A DNA stretch of 63,993 nucleotides, filler included, from Basidiobolus ranarum (taxonomy: Eukaryota): assembly GCA_040143965.1 (NCBI GenBank). It is 5 parts of 5 records of this genome, joined end to end, with 100 filler letters (N's around TTAATTAATTAA, not from the genome) between each part and the next. Parts side by side here need not be neighbours in the genome. Positions count along the whole stretch, not along the records: positions 26,205 to 39,196 come from JASJQH010000510.1; 4 more parts are not named here. One strand, given 5' to 3'. Below the pieces are notes generated by a model. It was not told the DNA's origin and did not search any database. It was given only the letters and a program-made list of their open reading frames with translations. Each line of letters begins with the position of its first letter. Position 1 is the stretch's first letter. Positions 26,960 to 39,296 of this stretch are shown here, one piece after another. A program made the position numbers and the translations under genes.

Positions 26960-27309
26960 TGCTGAAATGTGAATTGCCTCTATCTCTATACAGTCTTATA
27001 TAGCTTAATTTTTGGTTATTTTTTGTTTCAGCAAGATATCACCCACTGTTCTCAATTGGAATTTACTTTGGATATGTTTTACCAACTCTGAGGCTCTCAG
27101 ATATATAGATTTTTCAAACTTCTGCTAGCAGCCCCAAGCTTTGCACACATATTTCTGGGACCTTTCTTAGCAAATATTACATGTTGATTTGCGGACATCT
27201 TAATAAAACTATAAATGTCAACTTTCAACTCAATATATCATTAAGTCTAAATCGCCAATTTATCTATTTCTCCAAAGCACTTTCAACAGGCTCTCAAAAT
27301 ACTTCAACA
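26960..27309 (+). mobile_element. 3' LTR of the Copia remnant
   Basis: Starts TGCTGAAA right after the PPT; ends TTTCAACA (27288) or CTTCAACA (27309); similar to 33377ff, 34080ff and 1-213. Confidence 0.78.
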
Positions 27310-29079
27310 TAATATTCCATTACTTCACCACCATCCTTATATCACTATTGATCCCCCTCTGACATCATTTTTGGCAACCTATTTCTATAACCTTCCTTAA
27401 CACATTGCACTGGCTTGTTAGTTTACTTCTTAACAAAATTAAGTATGTCAACTGTCTATTCAATAAATAGATAAGAGAAAACCATCAATTCTTCTGGTTC
27501 TTTAAATCACTGCCAATAGACTTGAAGAATACTTGAACATATAACAATACATGGAAGTTTGGCCCAAGTTTATTTTTTCAAAAGTTTAAGCCTTAATTAT
27601 CATTTGTTCTGTTGCAGAGAAAAAGAATCTTGTAAAACTTGTGTTTTTGGTGATTATATTGAAAATATATTCTACACAGGCTTTTGCTTAGTCTACATGT
27701 ACCATGTACAGATATCTAGGCACTGGCTGTAGCACTATAAATTTGGTATTTTCCGTGGTATCATTTGGGTAGAAATAGAAGTAAGAATGTCCACGCTCTC
27801 ATTTATTATTTAATGAAAAATATTGAATACTTGCACACTGCACATATATCTACCAGTTAGGCAAGACTGCTTAAAGTTCCTGTGCACACAGAGTTACTTG
27901 TAGATAATTTTTGGATCCCTGAAGTAACAGTCTCAAGAATCAGAATTTGAATTTCTGAGTGTTTGGCACACAACCATCCATAATACAATCACTTTTGAGA
28001 GGTATACTCGAAGCCAGCAAATAATATTTTCATGTGAAATAACATTATGCAAATCCATAATAAAGAAATCAGGACAATGTATAATAAGATATTTAGTAAC
28101 ATATCTAACAATTCTGAATTATAACTCACACAGATTGGCTAACTATAATGAACACATATGTGTGTTAGATCTACAATAGTAATGGGATCACCTTTGCAAT
28201 ATCAAAGGTTGCTATTTGAACTCTGATTAGACTACGTGATAAATAGTAAGTAGTATTGGGAAGTGAATGTAAAGTGAATACAAATTGAAGCACTGCTGTA
28301 TAATTGTGCTATCAATAATAATAAGAACGGAGTAATTTCGTACGCAATCAGCAAAAAATTACGATATTTCCGACTCTAAACATTATCAAAGACGAGGGTC
28401 AACCGCGTATATCAGAAAAGTACTCAACACTGCATTAGAGAAAGTGGCAAAAGATTAATGGCATCGTCATACGGTTCTCTATTCAAGGGCCCTATAATCA
28501 ATATGATCACTAGGAGATACCGAGGTCTCGTGAATACTATGACACCTCGTATGCTAACGAACTGGGCGGCCCATAGTATCATTTGAGGTGACAGTAGTGG
28601 TGAACGTGGCCAATGGTAGCCTAGGTACGATCTTCGCCGATATATAACGTCTCATACCAACTAGCACCTTGTAGGACAACGATATCATTGGATTCTTTTA
28701 AGTGTCTGCAGATCTTCTACTTAATGTCAAGAGTCAGTTGCCGTATCAACTTAAAAGCAGTGAATGCAGTATATCCAGCATGGTAGTATTGCTAATCTGT
28801 ATTCTATTCAGAATTCAACACATGTTCGCTTGAAATAATCCATTCATAGTATTGTACGTACATCAATCACAATTCTTTGTCAGAACGATAGTTACACTAG
28901 TTTATATATACATGACCAATCAAGTCAAGATTTCTCTGTACATTTGAACTACACTATCGTAAAATCCAAATTACAATAAAATATTAACATAATACTATGT
29001 TGGATCAACATCTAACCTGTTCGGTGTGTTCCCTTACACTAATTTTTAAAATTTGATATACTAAGGAATATTCCTTAAC

Positions 29080-30816
29080 TCAGGCCGGATTTTCATCATT
29101 TTCTTCGTTCTCAATATCTTCTGGTTCTTTGGGCATCACCAGGTTCAGAATGATAGCAATGAGTGCGGCTATGGTGAAGCCGGAGTTCACAATCATCTCA
29201 GCTGAGATAATGAGTCCGTTCACTGTGGTGTTTGACCCTTTGTAAGGGGAGAGTGCGTACGAAAACCAATCATCCTTGATGGTGGTACCCATACCAAGAG
29301 TCATAGCGGCAGATGCAATGAAGCGATCACGACGAGTCCACTTGAGGTAGGAGAGAATACGAATGCCAGAGACTAGAACGTTGGCAAACAAGAAAGTAGT
29401 CATTCCACCCAACACTGACTCGGGAATGGCAAGGAACACGGATGCTAGCTTTGAGAATACTCCCATAATGACGAGGAAGCAGCAACAGGCATAACCAGTG
29501 GTAAGGTTGGCGCAACGGGTCAGTGCAACGATACCATTGTTCTGTGCGAATGTCGACATTGGTGGGTTGGTGAGTGCACCAGCGAGTAGACTGTTGATTC
29601 CATCAGCCAACACTCCACCTTGGATGCGTGTCTCGAATACAGGTCCTGACACCTCCACCCCTGAGACATCACAGCAAGCAGTGATAGTACCGATCGACTC
29701 GACCGCAATCAGCATGTAGATCACAAGCATTGGGATGATCGCTGGTGTGTAGATTCCAAGTGGGAATGTCTTCACCCAGACGAAAGTCACCACGGGGGCG
29801 TCGTTGATCACTTGAGTGTTCACATATCCGGTGGACCAGGAGACGACCAGACCAACTATAAGTCCAAGCACTACTTCAGCAGAGCGCATGAAATGAGAAC
29901 CGAAAATGTCGAAAAGGATGATGGAGATGAATACCAAGAAGCCAAGACCCATGTACCTGATGTCACCCCAAGGAAGAGCATTTGGGGCATCAACATTAGG
30001 GCACAGAACGAAATTACCAGTTTGTGGATGGTTTATGCAAGGTCCACTGCCACCACCCCAATTCTTCAAACCAGAACCAACCAAGTGAGCTCCGATCAGC
30101 GTGACGGTGATTCCAGTAACAAGAGGAGGGAACAGCTTGTGAAGCACTTTAGCTGGTACGAAAGAGATCAAGATCATCAACACTGAGCACATCATGGTGG
30201 TTCCGAGGAGTGCTCCGTATGCCTCTGGACAAGGAAGATATTGAGTGATCACTCCAGCACCGTTCTTCACCGATGGACAGAATCCAGACTCATACATGTA
30301 TGCAAATGAAGACTCGGCTACGGGCATGATGGTGAATGAGGTGCCAACAACAGTGATCAGTCCAGTTCCCATGTAGTAGCGAGTCCCAGGGATCCTCCAT
30401 CGAGTCATCTGGATCATTGAGAGCAAGCCGCAGGTGATTAGAGAAGCGGAGATGAGGTAAGAGCGATACTCCGTATTGAGGTTCATATGTTGAGGCCCAG
30501 GTCCAGAAAGAATGAGTGGCGGTGTGACTACTCCAGCCAACATAGCAAGACAATGTTGGAAGCCCATGATAATGGCAACAGCCAAGGGAAGTCTATCCTT
30601 GATTCCAATGAACTTTGCCGGAGCTTGCTTGGCCAGCCCTGGCAAGTTGGGAAGACAAAGGAAGCCAAAGTCATATTCGCCTATCCAGCCCTGTCTTGTG
30701 CAGAGGTTGCGCATATACCACTTCAGGTTGCTGTCATCATCCCCATTGTGAGCAGTGGGTTGAGTCGAGATGAAATCTTTGTCGTCAAAACCTGAAGTAA
30801 CTTCTTCTTTCTTCAT
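29080..30816 (-). CDS. Uric acid/xanthine permease, NAT/NCS2 family (UapA/UapC-like); intronless
   Basis: TMS1 'GFQH' motif; NAT signature 'FAQNNGIVALTRCAN'; 'RIQGGVLADG'; 'VLGGMTTFLF'; 'TRRDRFI'. Confidence 0.95.
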   Translation of the reverse strand: MKKEEVTSGFDDKDFISTQPTAHNGDDDSNLKWYMRNLCTRQGWIGEYDFGFLCLPNLPGLAKQAPAKFIGIKDRLPLAVAIIMGFQHCLAMLAGVVTPPLILSGPGPQHMNLNTEYRSYLISASLITCGLLSMIQMTRWRIPGTRYYMGTGLITVVGTSFTIMPVAESSFAYMYESGFCPSVKNGAGVITQYLPCPEAYGALLGTTMMCSVLMILISFVPAKVLHKLFPPLVTGITVTLIGAHLVGSGLKNWGGGSGPCINHPQTGNFVLCPNVDAPNALPWGDIRYMGLGFLVFISIILFDIFGSHFMRSAEVVLGLIVGLVVSWSTGYVNTQVINDAPVVTFVWVKTFPLGIYTPAIIPMLVIYMLIAVESIGTITACCDVSGVEVSGPVFETRIQGGVLADGINSLLAGALTNPPMSTFAQNNGIVALTRCANLTTGYACCCFLVIMGVFSKLASVFLAIPESVLGGMTTFLFANVLVSGIRILSYLKWTRRDRFIASAAMTLGMGTTIKDDWFSYALSPYKGSNTTVNGLIISAEMIVNSGFTIAALIAIILNLVMPKEPEDIENEENDENPA

Positions 30817-33376
30817 CTTGTCCTTAGATAGCTAACAAGACTGTGTCTGTATATTTAGACTGACAGGCTGTACCTTTTTATGGACTATCAAAGGCAGAGC
30901 TTCTCTCAGTTTAACCACTTCTGTGGTCACGAGTCAACCGAGTTTCTCCACATTATCCGTGAGTTTAAATTCAAAATATCTTATACGGTAACCATGATTG
31001 ACCCAGTAAAACCACTTGATACTCTGTCATTAGTACCCATATGAAATATATCGATTAGATTTAGGTAACTTTGACCTGTACTGACTAATCGAACAAATAA
31101 TCCCCTGTCCTTGATTACATGGTGAGATTGGCAGATCCATTATGTGGCGAAATGCGTTAATTGATATTTTGGATTATTAAATCACAGATAGTCTCGAAAA
31201 ATATAATGCATGTGATGGCCCTTTTACCTCATCCTAGTTTGATAATCGTAGAGCTTGTTTAACCACCGAGTAATAATTTCTAGCCGGGTTCCGTTCATAA
31301 CTATTTACTCTGTGAATCTGTAAGTAGTTGGGTAAACTGATTTGTGTAGGAATCATTGGTTGGCACAAGCTTCAGGTATCGCTAAAATGAATTACAGATG
31401 TATATGTAACCCTAAGTGAATCACTGACTTGCCACTGATGACAGATTACCTCTGTTTGTTTGTAATATTGGTTACCCATGTTTCTCCACATCCTTCAAAC
31501 TTTATTTTTACTAAGAAATATATTTAGTGTTGCACTAGTGATACGGGATCTTCGAAAAGTGTACGGAGCCGAGCATTCGCGAATGAAAGTAGCATCACCC
31601 TCTGTGGGTATAACTGACGACATCTAACGAATGCTCCGCTCATGTTTTATGAATCCTCCAGCCTCCCTGACGTCACTTAGACTGCTCATTTCAGAATACT
31701 CTAGACGTTGTGTACGACCCATCCCATCTTTCCAAAATTATATATGGCACCACAAGAGAAAGTCTAGTTATAGTTTAAAGTGTAGATAGTTGCTTTCCTC
31801 GTTTACATGTACTAGCGGCGTTATCATACGGTGCATAGCTCAGTCTTACTCCAATAGCACTAGATCTAATTTTCTATTCATTTATTACTTGGTAACATCG
31901 GCCAAGTTGATGCCTCTAGATTAGGAAGACAAAATATTCATTTATTAACACGGTTGATATCTATAGTTGTAGGCCCCAATGGCCAATGTAGCCGATCTGA
32001 GTTACTGTGAACTAGAATTTTTCAAGATAACTTACTTGCGCGCTGAGGAACTTCCTTAGCTACTCAATTAACGGGGAAAGGTGCCGGAAGTATATTAGGC
32101 ATGTAATTAGTTATCAATATTTATCACAGAATAAACACAGATGACACATATCAAATGCAAATTAATAATAACACCTATGTGGCAGTCATATTGACTTCAG
32201 AATTGATCACTATACATGATACTTCTAAATGGACTTGGTATATTAGATCCATTGAACGGTATAAAGGTGGCTCCTAAAAGAGCATCAAAGACCAGGCCTA
32301 AATGCAATTAATACTACATATATTCATTTTGAGCACTAAGAAAAATACTTCATTTCAATCCAAGTGCAAACCATACATTTCTTTTAGTTACGCAGAATGG
32401 ACTTAGTTGTTCCCTTACCTTTACCATCATCGCGTATACGCAGAGTCAATAGTATCACTGTTGCTGTATGAATATGGTTGAAAATAAAAATATAAGCTTA
32501 CCTATACCTATTTTCAAATGACTACTCTCTTTGCATTGACTCCATGAATCAACTTGATATTTATCTTACAGCTTAATCAGGGCTCAAATAACAGTCTTTG
32601 ATGTTATGAATATGAACTCACTGCTCTTTGTGATGTTACTTACGTATGTATTCATGACGGTGGGTGTATAAATTTTGAGCTCAACCTGTTTCTTGCATTG
32701 GAATTATACATTTCTGGCTATATTTCTAAATACTATGTTATTTGAGATTCAACCTTTGATATTTTGGTTTTGGCCATGATTATTGCTTATTTCATACAAA
32801 TATTGTTTGCTAGCATTAATTCTAAGCACTTGAAATCAATTAAGACTGTACAAATGTGTAATCGTTAGAATTTTGGTAGACCAAATTTTTCCATATTGAT
32901 CCACAATAAGCCACTCATAGATCGAAATGAAATGGTGCTGGGCAATAGCCCATTCATTGAAGATGACTCCTGAAGTAATATCCAAAACTAAAATTCTCGC
33001 AATTTACTGCATACGCTTGAAAACATGGCCGGAATCTTGTTCTATTACTATATTGGTAATAGATATGTATTTGAAAAGATTTTGTTCAAGAGATTGTTGG
33101 CTCTCCTGAGTGACTGTACAAAATTTGCTGGAATGGAAGGAGTCTTGATCCGAGTTAAAGTATTTATAGTCTAACTGTAGACAATATGAGAAAGCAGGCA
33201 CTTGCTTGTATTTCCCATTGTATTGTAATATGCACTTGATAATCTTTCTAAATTTGAAAAATGCCACAAAGAATACCAAGATATCCAGAATCAATATGAG
33301 CATACTATATGGAGACCTGTATCAGTGTAGTTTGCTATGGCTGTTACTATATTTCCACTTTTTCATAAGGTATTCT

Positions 33377-33698
33377 TGTTGAAATTAGAATTGCCTAAAC
33401 ACCTATTTAGTCACATATAGCCTAATAGTTAGCTGTTCCATATTTCAGCAAGAAGTCACCTCAAGAGAAATTTACTTGGAAATTTGGAGATATACAGATT
33501 TTTCAAACTTGTGCTACAAGCCTAAAACCTTGCACACATGTTCTGGGATCTTCGTGACACATTCTACATGTTTTTTGTCTACATTTTGACAAAACCATAA
33601 ATATCAACTTGCTACTCACTAATTTGTTCAGTGAAAACCGTCAATTCTTCTAGTTCCCCAGGACACTTCCAACAAACTCTCAAAACAATTTATCAACT
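33377..33698 (+). mobile_element. Solo LTR, same Copia family
   Basis: TGTTGAAATTAGAATTGCCTAAACACC..gatttttcaaactt.tgcta..ttgcacacat..cacttccaaca; colinear with 26960-27309. No clear TSD. Confidence 0.78.
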
Positions 33699-34079
33699 TC
33701 TACCCTAGGTCTAGCAAGTAGTTATAAATTGTTGGAGGATCTGATCGTAATGAGGATAGAATTTGCAACTCCAAGATAACTTGTATTAGTACTTTATTTG
33801 CTTCATTGAGAGATTTTCCTAATTAAAATACAGGGGCCAACGGTTTGAGGCTTTCTTATTATTCATGTATGCAGCATAACTAAGCTAATATTTTGAGTAA
33901 AGATTAACTTTCTGACACATATGCATAGCTTACCTATTGTGCAAGCTTCCTATATGTGACAAGTTAGTATATTTTTATAAAATTATCATGAAATATTAGC
34001 ATATATCTCATTCAATCAAACAGTATGTCTAGAGCCTTTTTTACAATGAGAAGACCTGTTAAGAAATGTAGCTAATAAC

Positions 34080-34361
34080 TGCTGAAAGTAACATAGCCTA
34101 AACCGCTGTATAGTCATATATAGCGTAGTATTTAGTTGTTCCATATTTCACTAAGATATCACCTGCTACCCTCAAGAAGAATGTATTTAAAATATTTTTT
34201 CCAACTCAGAAGTTCTCAGATATATATATGCTTCAAACTCGACCTAAAAGCCCTAAACCTTGCATACGTGCTCCTGAGATCTTCCTTAACACATTACATA
34301 TGCTTGTTTGTTTACCACTGAACAAAACTATAAAGGTCAACCTAACTCTCTACTCAATAAC
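34080..34361 (+). mobile_element. Degenerate/truncated solo LTR, same family
   Basis: TGCTGAAA..gcctaaac..tatagtcatatatagc..gttccatatttca..ctcagatatata..ttcaaact..aaaactataaa.gtcaac shared with the other copies. Confidence 0.72.
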
Positions 34362-35957
34362 TGGAGTAATATCTGCAGAAAGCCAGTGAAATCATGAACC
34401 TACCATGCTTTAATATCATCCACCTGCAACAATAAAGGGAGCTAAACAATGGCTGCTGGCACCGAATTGATGTAAAAAAGTGTGAGCTCAATGCTGATTG
34501 ACTAATAGCGCTGAAAGCAAATGAATACAGCATTACCAATAGTGGTGGAATCACCTCTCTAATGCTTGAGAAAATTGTCGATGCTCATATTAAGCTGTGG
34601 GTCATATGAAAAGTGGAATAATCTCGTGAATGAAGAAATATTGTCATTGGAAAAATACTTGCAACAAAAGGGAATCAATTATGAGCACCAGCGTAGAGAA
34701 TAGCTGTGTGATAATACTTGTAGATTGCTAAAGAAGTTTGGTGAGCTTTTGCTTAGCTTGAAAATGTTGCGGTTTTGATCATATTGGACCACAACATATG
34801 AAACTTGTGTTGTATATTACCATAATAAACCATTTAGTATCGTAAAAAAAGTACTCTGCTGATGAATGTATGAGAAACTCAATTAAAATATATTAATGGT
34901 GAGCCAAGTATTTTCTTGAGTTTGTAACATTTCTCAATTCAACTAGGTTAGTAGACACTCATATATATGGATCAAAACTAGATATAAACAGAAAAGGATT
35001 TTGAATATGGAGTTGTGTGTTAACATTATCAACAATGGCCTTCTGGCGATCTGCTAATACCACAAATGAAGTGCTAGCTTTTCCATAAAACATTAGGTAC
35101 AGTTTGATTTACGGGGTCTATATCCTTCCATCATAAAATAAGAGTATAAAAGTTAAATAACCTATACCTTGGCCAATATTACCAGTTAACTTGTACTTGT
35201 AGGACTAGATAGGAATCTTGCGAGATAAAGGCTTGCTAATCAATATTGGATAAGCCAAATAATACATTTCTGATTTCTGAATATAAGGAAAGAGAAGTGA
35301 ACAATACATACTCTATGTATAGTCACTTGCGAGGAAATAGAATTTTAACAGAAATTTATATACTACTTGTAACATTTATGATATCACAATCTCTGTATCG
35401 ACATCCAAAAAAGTGGATTCCTTTCGAACACTGGTAGTATATTTGCATTGGTATCGACATTCAGAAAAATTGAGGTATATGTGATCAGCATAATGCATAT
35501 ATATATATATAAAGCCCAACTAACGGAAACAGCTGGCGAATCTCCAAATTGAAATCCGCATTATTCGCTTGTTTAATACACATAGTCTCAGTATACCGAT
35601 TATATTGTATAGCGTTATATTTATTTGTCAGTAGATTTAATCAGGCTATGCATTACTTTTTTATCTACCGACTCATCCAGAATATTTGGATGTGAATGAA
35701 CGAATTTTGCCACAATAACTATCGGTATTATAAAGAAAGCGAGTAAATATCGTTACCTTTTGCCAAGATTAAATATCGGGAAAAACGGTGATTACTACTT
35801 GGTTCTAACCAAGCAACTCCAATGTGAATTCGCTAGATTTTACATGCAAGTATGTTAGATGATCACTTTTTATTCATGTTAGTTGAGTCTAAAGCATTCA
35901 GATAAATGGGGTTGGAGAACGTAATATACAAAATATGAGTACAAGATGAAGTTTAAT

Positions 35958-36857
35958 CTAGTTTCCAAGCTGCTGTGCGAGTTCCTTAGACTTGCTGTTC
36001 GCTGCCAGTACACCATTGGATACCCACTTGGGAACATCTCCCTTGATCATTGTCTTGATCGCCGCATCGGTTGTGCCATTGGGGGATGTGACTTTACGAC
36101 GAAGTTCAGCAACAGAATCCTCACTCGCTTCAGCCATCTTCGCTGCACCTAAGCAGGTCTGAATTGCAAGAGATGATGATGCTTCAGGAGTGAGTCCAGC
36201 CTCGACACCGGCCTTTTCCATAGCCTCAAGAACGAGGAAGAAATACGCTGGTCCACTACCACTAACAGCCGTCACACCATCTAATAGGTCCTCTTTATCA
36301 ACCCATTCAGTTCTTGATACAGCACCAAGGATTTTGTCGCTAGCTTCCTTCTGAGCTGTAGTTACATTGGGGTTGGCGTACATTCCACTAGCTCCACACA
36401 TAACAAGTGCTGGCGTATTAGGCATGCATCTGACAATGGAAATCTTGGCTTCGTCGTCGGAATCAGACAAATGGCTATCCTCGTTACCAGTCAGTAGCCA
36501 GCGCTCCATGGATTGTGTTCTTATGCCAGCGGCGATACTGATAACCAATGGTTGAACAGTTCGAATAGCCTTGGAAAGACCAAAGGCTACGTCCTTTAAT
36601 ACCTGTGGCTTTACTGCAAGCACAACAACCTCGGCACTATGATCCCCATTCTCCTCCTCACCATAGATGGCTGAATTGCCATCGGATGCAACGTTGATGT
36701 TGTATTTTTCACGAAGCTCAGCTTGTCTCTCTTTGCTGGGATCAAATACAGTTATACATTGAGGAGCATACTCGTTGGAAATGAGGCCACCGATGATTGC
36801 TTCGGCCATGTTTCCGCCACCAATGAAAGAAATACGTTGACAGTTTTGAGCGGACAT
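35958..36857 (-). CDS. proC: Pyrroline-5-carboxylate reductase; intronless, proteobacterial-like
   Basis: 'FIGGGNMA', 'LAVKPQ', 'ISIAAGI', 'VRCMPNTPA', 'TAVSGSGPAYFF', 'ELRRKVTSPNGTT'. Confidence 0.96.
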   Translation of the reverse strand: MSAQNCQRISFIGGGNMAEAIIGGLISNEYAPQCITVFDPSKERQAELREKYNINVASDGNSAIYGEEENGDHSAEVVVLAVKPQVLKDVAFGLSKAIRTVQPLVISIAAGIRTQSMERWLLTGNEDSHLSDSDDEAKISIVRCMPNTPALVMCGASGMYANPNVTTAQKEASDKILGAVSRTEWVDKEDLLDGVTAVSGSGPAYFFLVLEAMEKAGVEAGLTPEASSSLAIQTCLGAAKMAEASEDSVAELRRKVTSPNGTTDAAIKTMIKGDVPKWVSNGVLAANSKSKELAQQLGN

Positions 36858-38137
36858 TTGTAAAGGATATCTAGTTGAGTTAGTGAAAGTATCAGATGAT
36901 TAAAGAAATATTGGTGACTTGGAGCTGTTTATATACCGTTCGAATGATGATGCTGAGGTTACCTATGATCCTAGCCCGACTACAATCAACCAAGTCGTCT
37001 GCCACGATCGCCTTTCCATGCCGAAGAGCCATCCATCTTTTGGCACATTCCATCATAGATTTACAATTAGCTGAAGTATTACTTGACTATGATGTCATAG
37101 AATTCGATGGCCAGTACGATTCGGTCATGTTGGCTAATTCCGAAAGCACAGACCCAATAAATCTGCAGCATACCTTCCATAAGAAGAAACACCCAGGTTG
37201 TTACCAATGAAGCTATTATACTGGAGGAATATACGACAGTCTCGCTGTGCACAGAACCCTCAGATTTTAGGGTGCACTCATGGAATTTTCGGAATTAAGA
37301 TCTTAGGCCATGGTTTCTTAGATTATGGTTTGGCATCATCCAGCTCCCAAATCAAGTCCAGCTTCGATGACATGATTACGAAGTAGTCCTGATCCCTTTT
37401 TGCTCGTATTAAGGTAGAAGTATTCACTCAACTCTTATTGGCTGGTGTGGGGTAGTTGATAATAACAAAAAAATAGGCTACTTGAGTCTAAAAATGCTTT
37501 TAGACTGTGTGGGGGGATAGTGATGTCAAAGTGATCTGAACTTTCGAGTGTTGCTCCAGTGAAATAGTTGATTACCACTTTAACAAAAGCGTCACATAAG
37601 AAATAAATTTTAGGGTCATTGAAATGATATCAGTATCCAATCAGCCACGCAAGTGACAGCTTATCGTAACAATCTATATACTATACAGTGAAATGACGAT
37701 GTGTGCGTTGCATAACAATCTACTATATCTTTGCTGACTCCAACACAAAAGCATATTTTTAATGTCGTAGATGATTGATGCCTACAAGCATGTATCAGAC
37801 TGCGGTAAATCTTTGTGGCACCAATATTAATCGTGCCAGGAACAATTAAATTATGCCGTAATACATGCAGTCCAAGAGGCCCAAAAATATGAGACAGCTG
37901 CTTGTCATCAGAGGCCAAGGAGCAAACGGCCGCTCGTTCCCAGTTTTGTATAGAATAAAATATGCTCTAATCATTGAGTTCAAAAAGTTCATCTATTGGA
38001 TATATAGACTGCATAAGAAACGGTATAGATAGAACACATAGTAAAATAAAAGATACAATAATATACAAGGGAGCAAGCGATGGAAAATAAGTGAGATATA
38101 GAACAACGACGATATTGAAATTGGGATATTGCTACTT

Positions 38138-39148
38138 CTAATATGCAGGCTTGGGGCCATTTCTTTGGCGTAGCCTGGATTTGATAGGAGTTCTACTATC
38201 TTTCTCGATAGATTGTATATTACTGCTAATCTCCTGTTCGGTTACAGCTTTCTTGGATCTCAGCTTCTTGATTTTCTTTTTTGACTGAGAGTCAGAATCA
38301 AAAATATTGTCGTCACTAGTGGTAACGATACTCTTCGCCGGCGTTTTGCGGAACAAATCACGTGCCTTTTTGATGAACGGACTCAAAGGGGTTTTTTCAT
38401 GTTGAGCACGGAGGGCTTGAATGGCAGGACTAGTGGCGGGTTCTGACTCAATGTTACGATGTGTTGCGATGTCGTTGAAAACTACTTGGACACCGCCAGT
38501 GGGGGATTTGATGATGGGGCCTTTGACAACAGTGGTGCTCTCTGATTCGGGATCAACAGAAACTGCCTCGTACGAGTTGTAGGCCAATTTCTTCTTGCCC
38601 CATAGATATTTCTTCAAAAATCCGGATTTGGCTACCTCACTTTTAGATAGCATGGTAGAACTTGGTGCAGGATTTGTATACATCTGAGATTCAGGAGTGG
38701 TATGCATAAAAGCGCTTGATTTGGGTTTGCCCGGGGTGACTTGAATGGTACGCTCTTCATCGGTGGATCCGGTTTCTTTCTGACACAAAGAGGCGATCTC
38801 TAATAAACGAGAGTTCTTATGCTCCAAATAGGCCTTATCCTTGAGGAATCCTTTCTTCAACTCGGAATTTTCGCCAATCATCTCTTCAACATACTTCTCC
38901 ACTTGAGCATGCTTAACCTGTAATGAATTATACGCTGCTTGAAGTTGCTCCCATTTTCCAGAGTATTCTTCAGCCTGCTTGGCTAAAGCTTCTTGGACGG
39001 AATACTGTACTTCAGAAGACATGGATTCTTCCAAACCACGTAGCTTCTCGTAAAGCGCCATTTTTTGGGACTTTTCAGCAGCAACCAAGCCACGAGTGGC
39101 CGCCAAATCAAATTCCAATTCTCTTATGTTGCTCTCATGATATTGCAA
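38138..39148 (-). CDS. 3' terminal exon of a coiled-coil protein with a basic, S/T-P-rich tail (possibly a kinesin tail); 5' part lost at the contig end
   Basis: 336-codon open frame with heptad-like region followed by TP/SP sites and 'KKKIKKLRSKK'. Family assignment is a guess. Confidence 0.65.
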   Translation of the reverse strand: MQYHESNIRELEFDLAATRGLVAAEKSQKMALYEKLRGLEESMSSEVQYSVQEALAKQAEEYSGKWEQLQAAYNSLQVKHAQVEKYVEEMIGENSELKKGFLKDKAYLEHKNSRLLEIASLCQKETGSTDEERTIQVTPGKPKSSAFMHTTPESQMYTNPAPSSTMLSKSEVAKSGFLKKYLWGKKKLAYNSYEAVSVDPESESTTVVKGPIIKSPTGGVQVVFNDIATHRNIESEPATSPAIQALRAQHEKTPLSPFIKKARDLFRKTPAKSIVTTSDDNIFDSDSQSKKKIKKLRSKKAVTEQEISSNIQSIEKDSRTPIKSRLRQRNGPKPAY

Positions 39149-39196
39149 AAGGAAAAGAAAATCAAGTATGCAAACTACAGAGAAGTCTATATGGTC

Positions 39197-39296
39197 NNNN
39201 NNNNNNNNNNNNNNNNNNNNNNNNNNNNNNNNNNNNNNNNTTAATTAATTAANNNNNNNNNNNNNNNNNNNNNNNNNNNNNNNNNNNNNNNNNNNN
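39197..39296. other. Artificial contig linker
   Basis: N44-TTAATTAATTAA-N44. Confidence 0.99.

Noticed and set aside
29327..30795. Many overlapping ORFs within the permease gene
   Set aside because: Alternative-frame/antisense ORFs expected in a GC-richer CDS.
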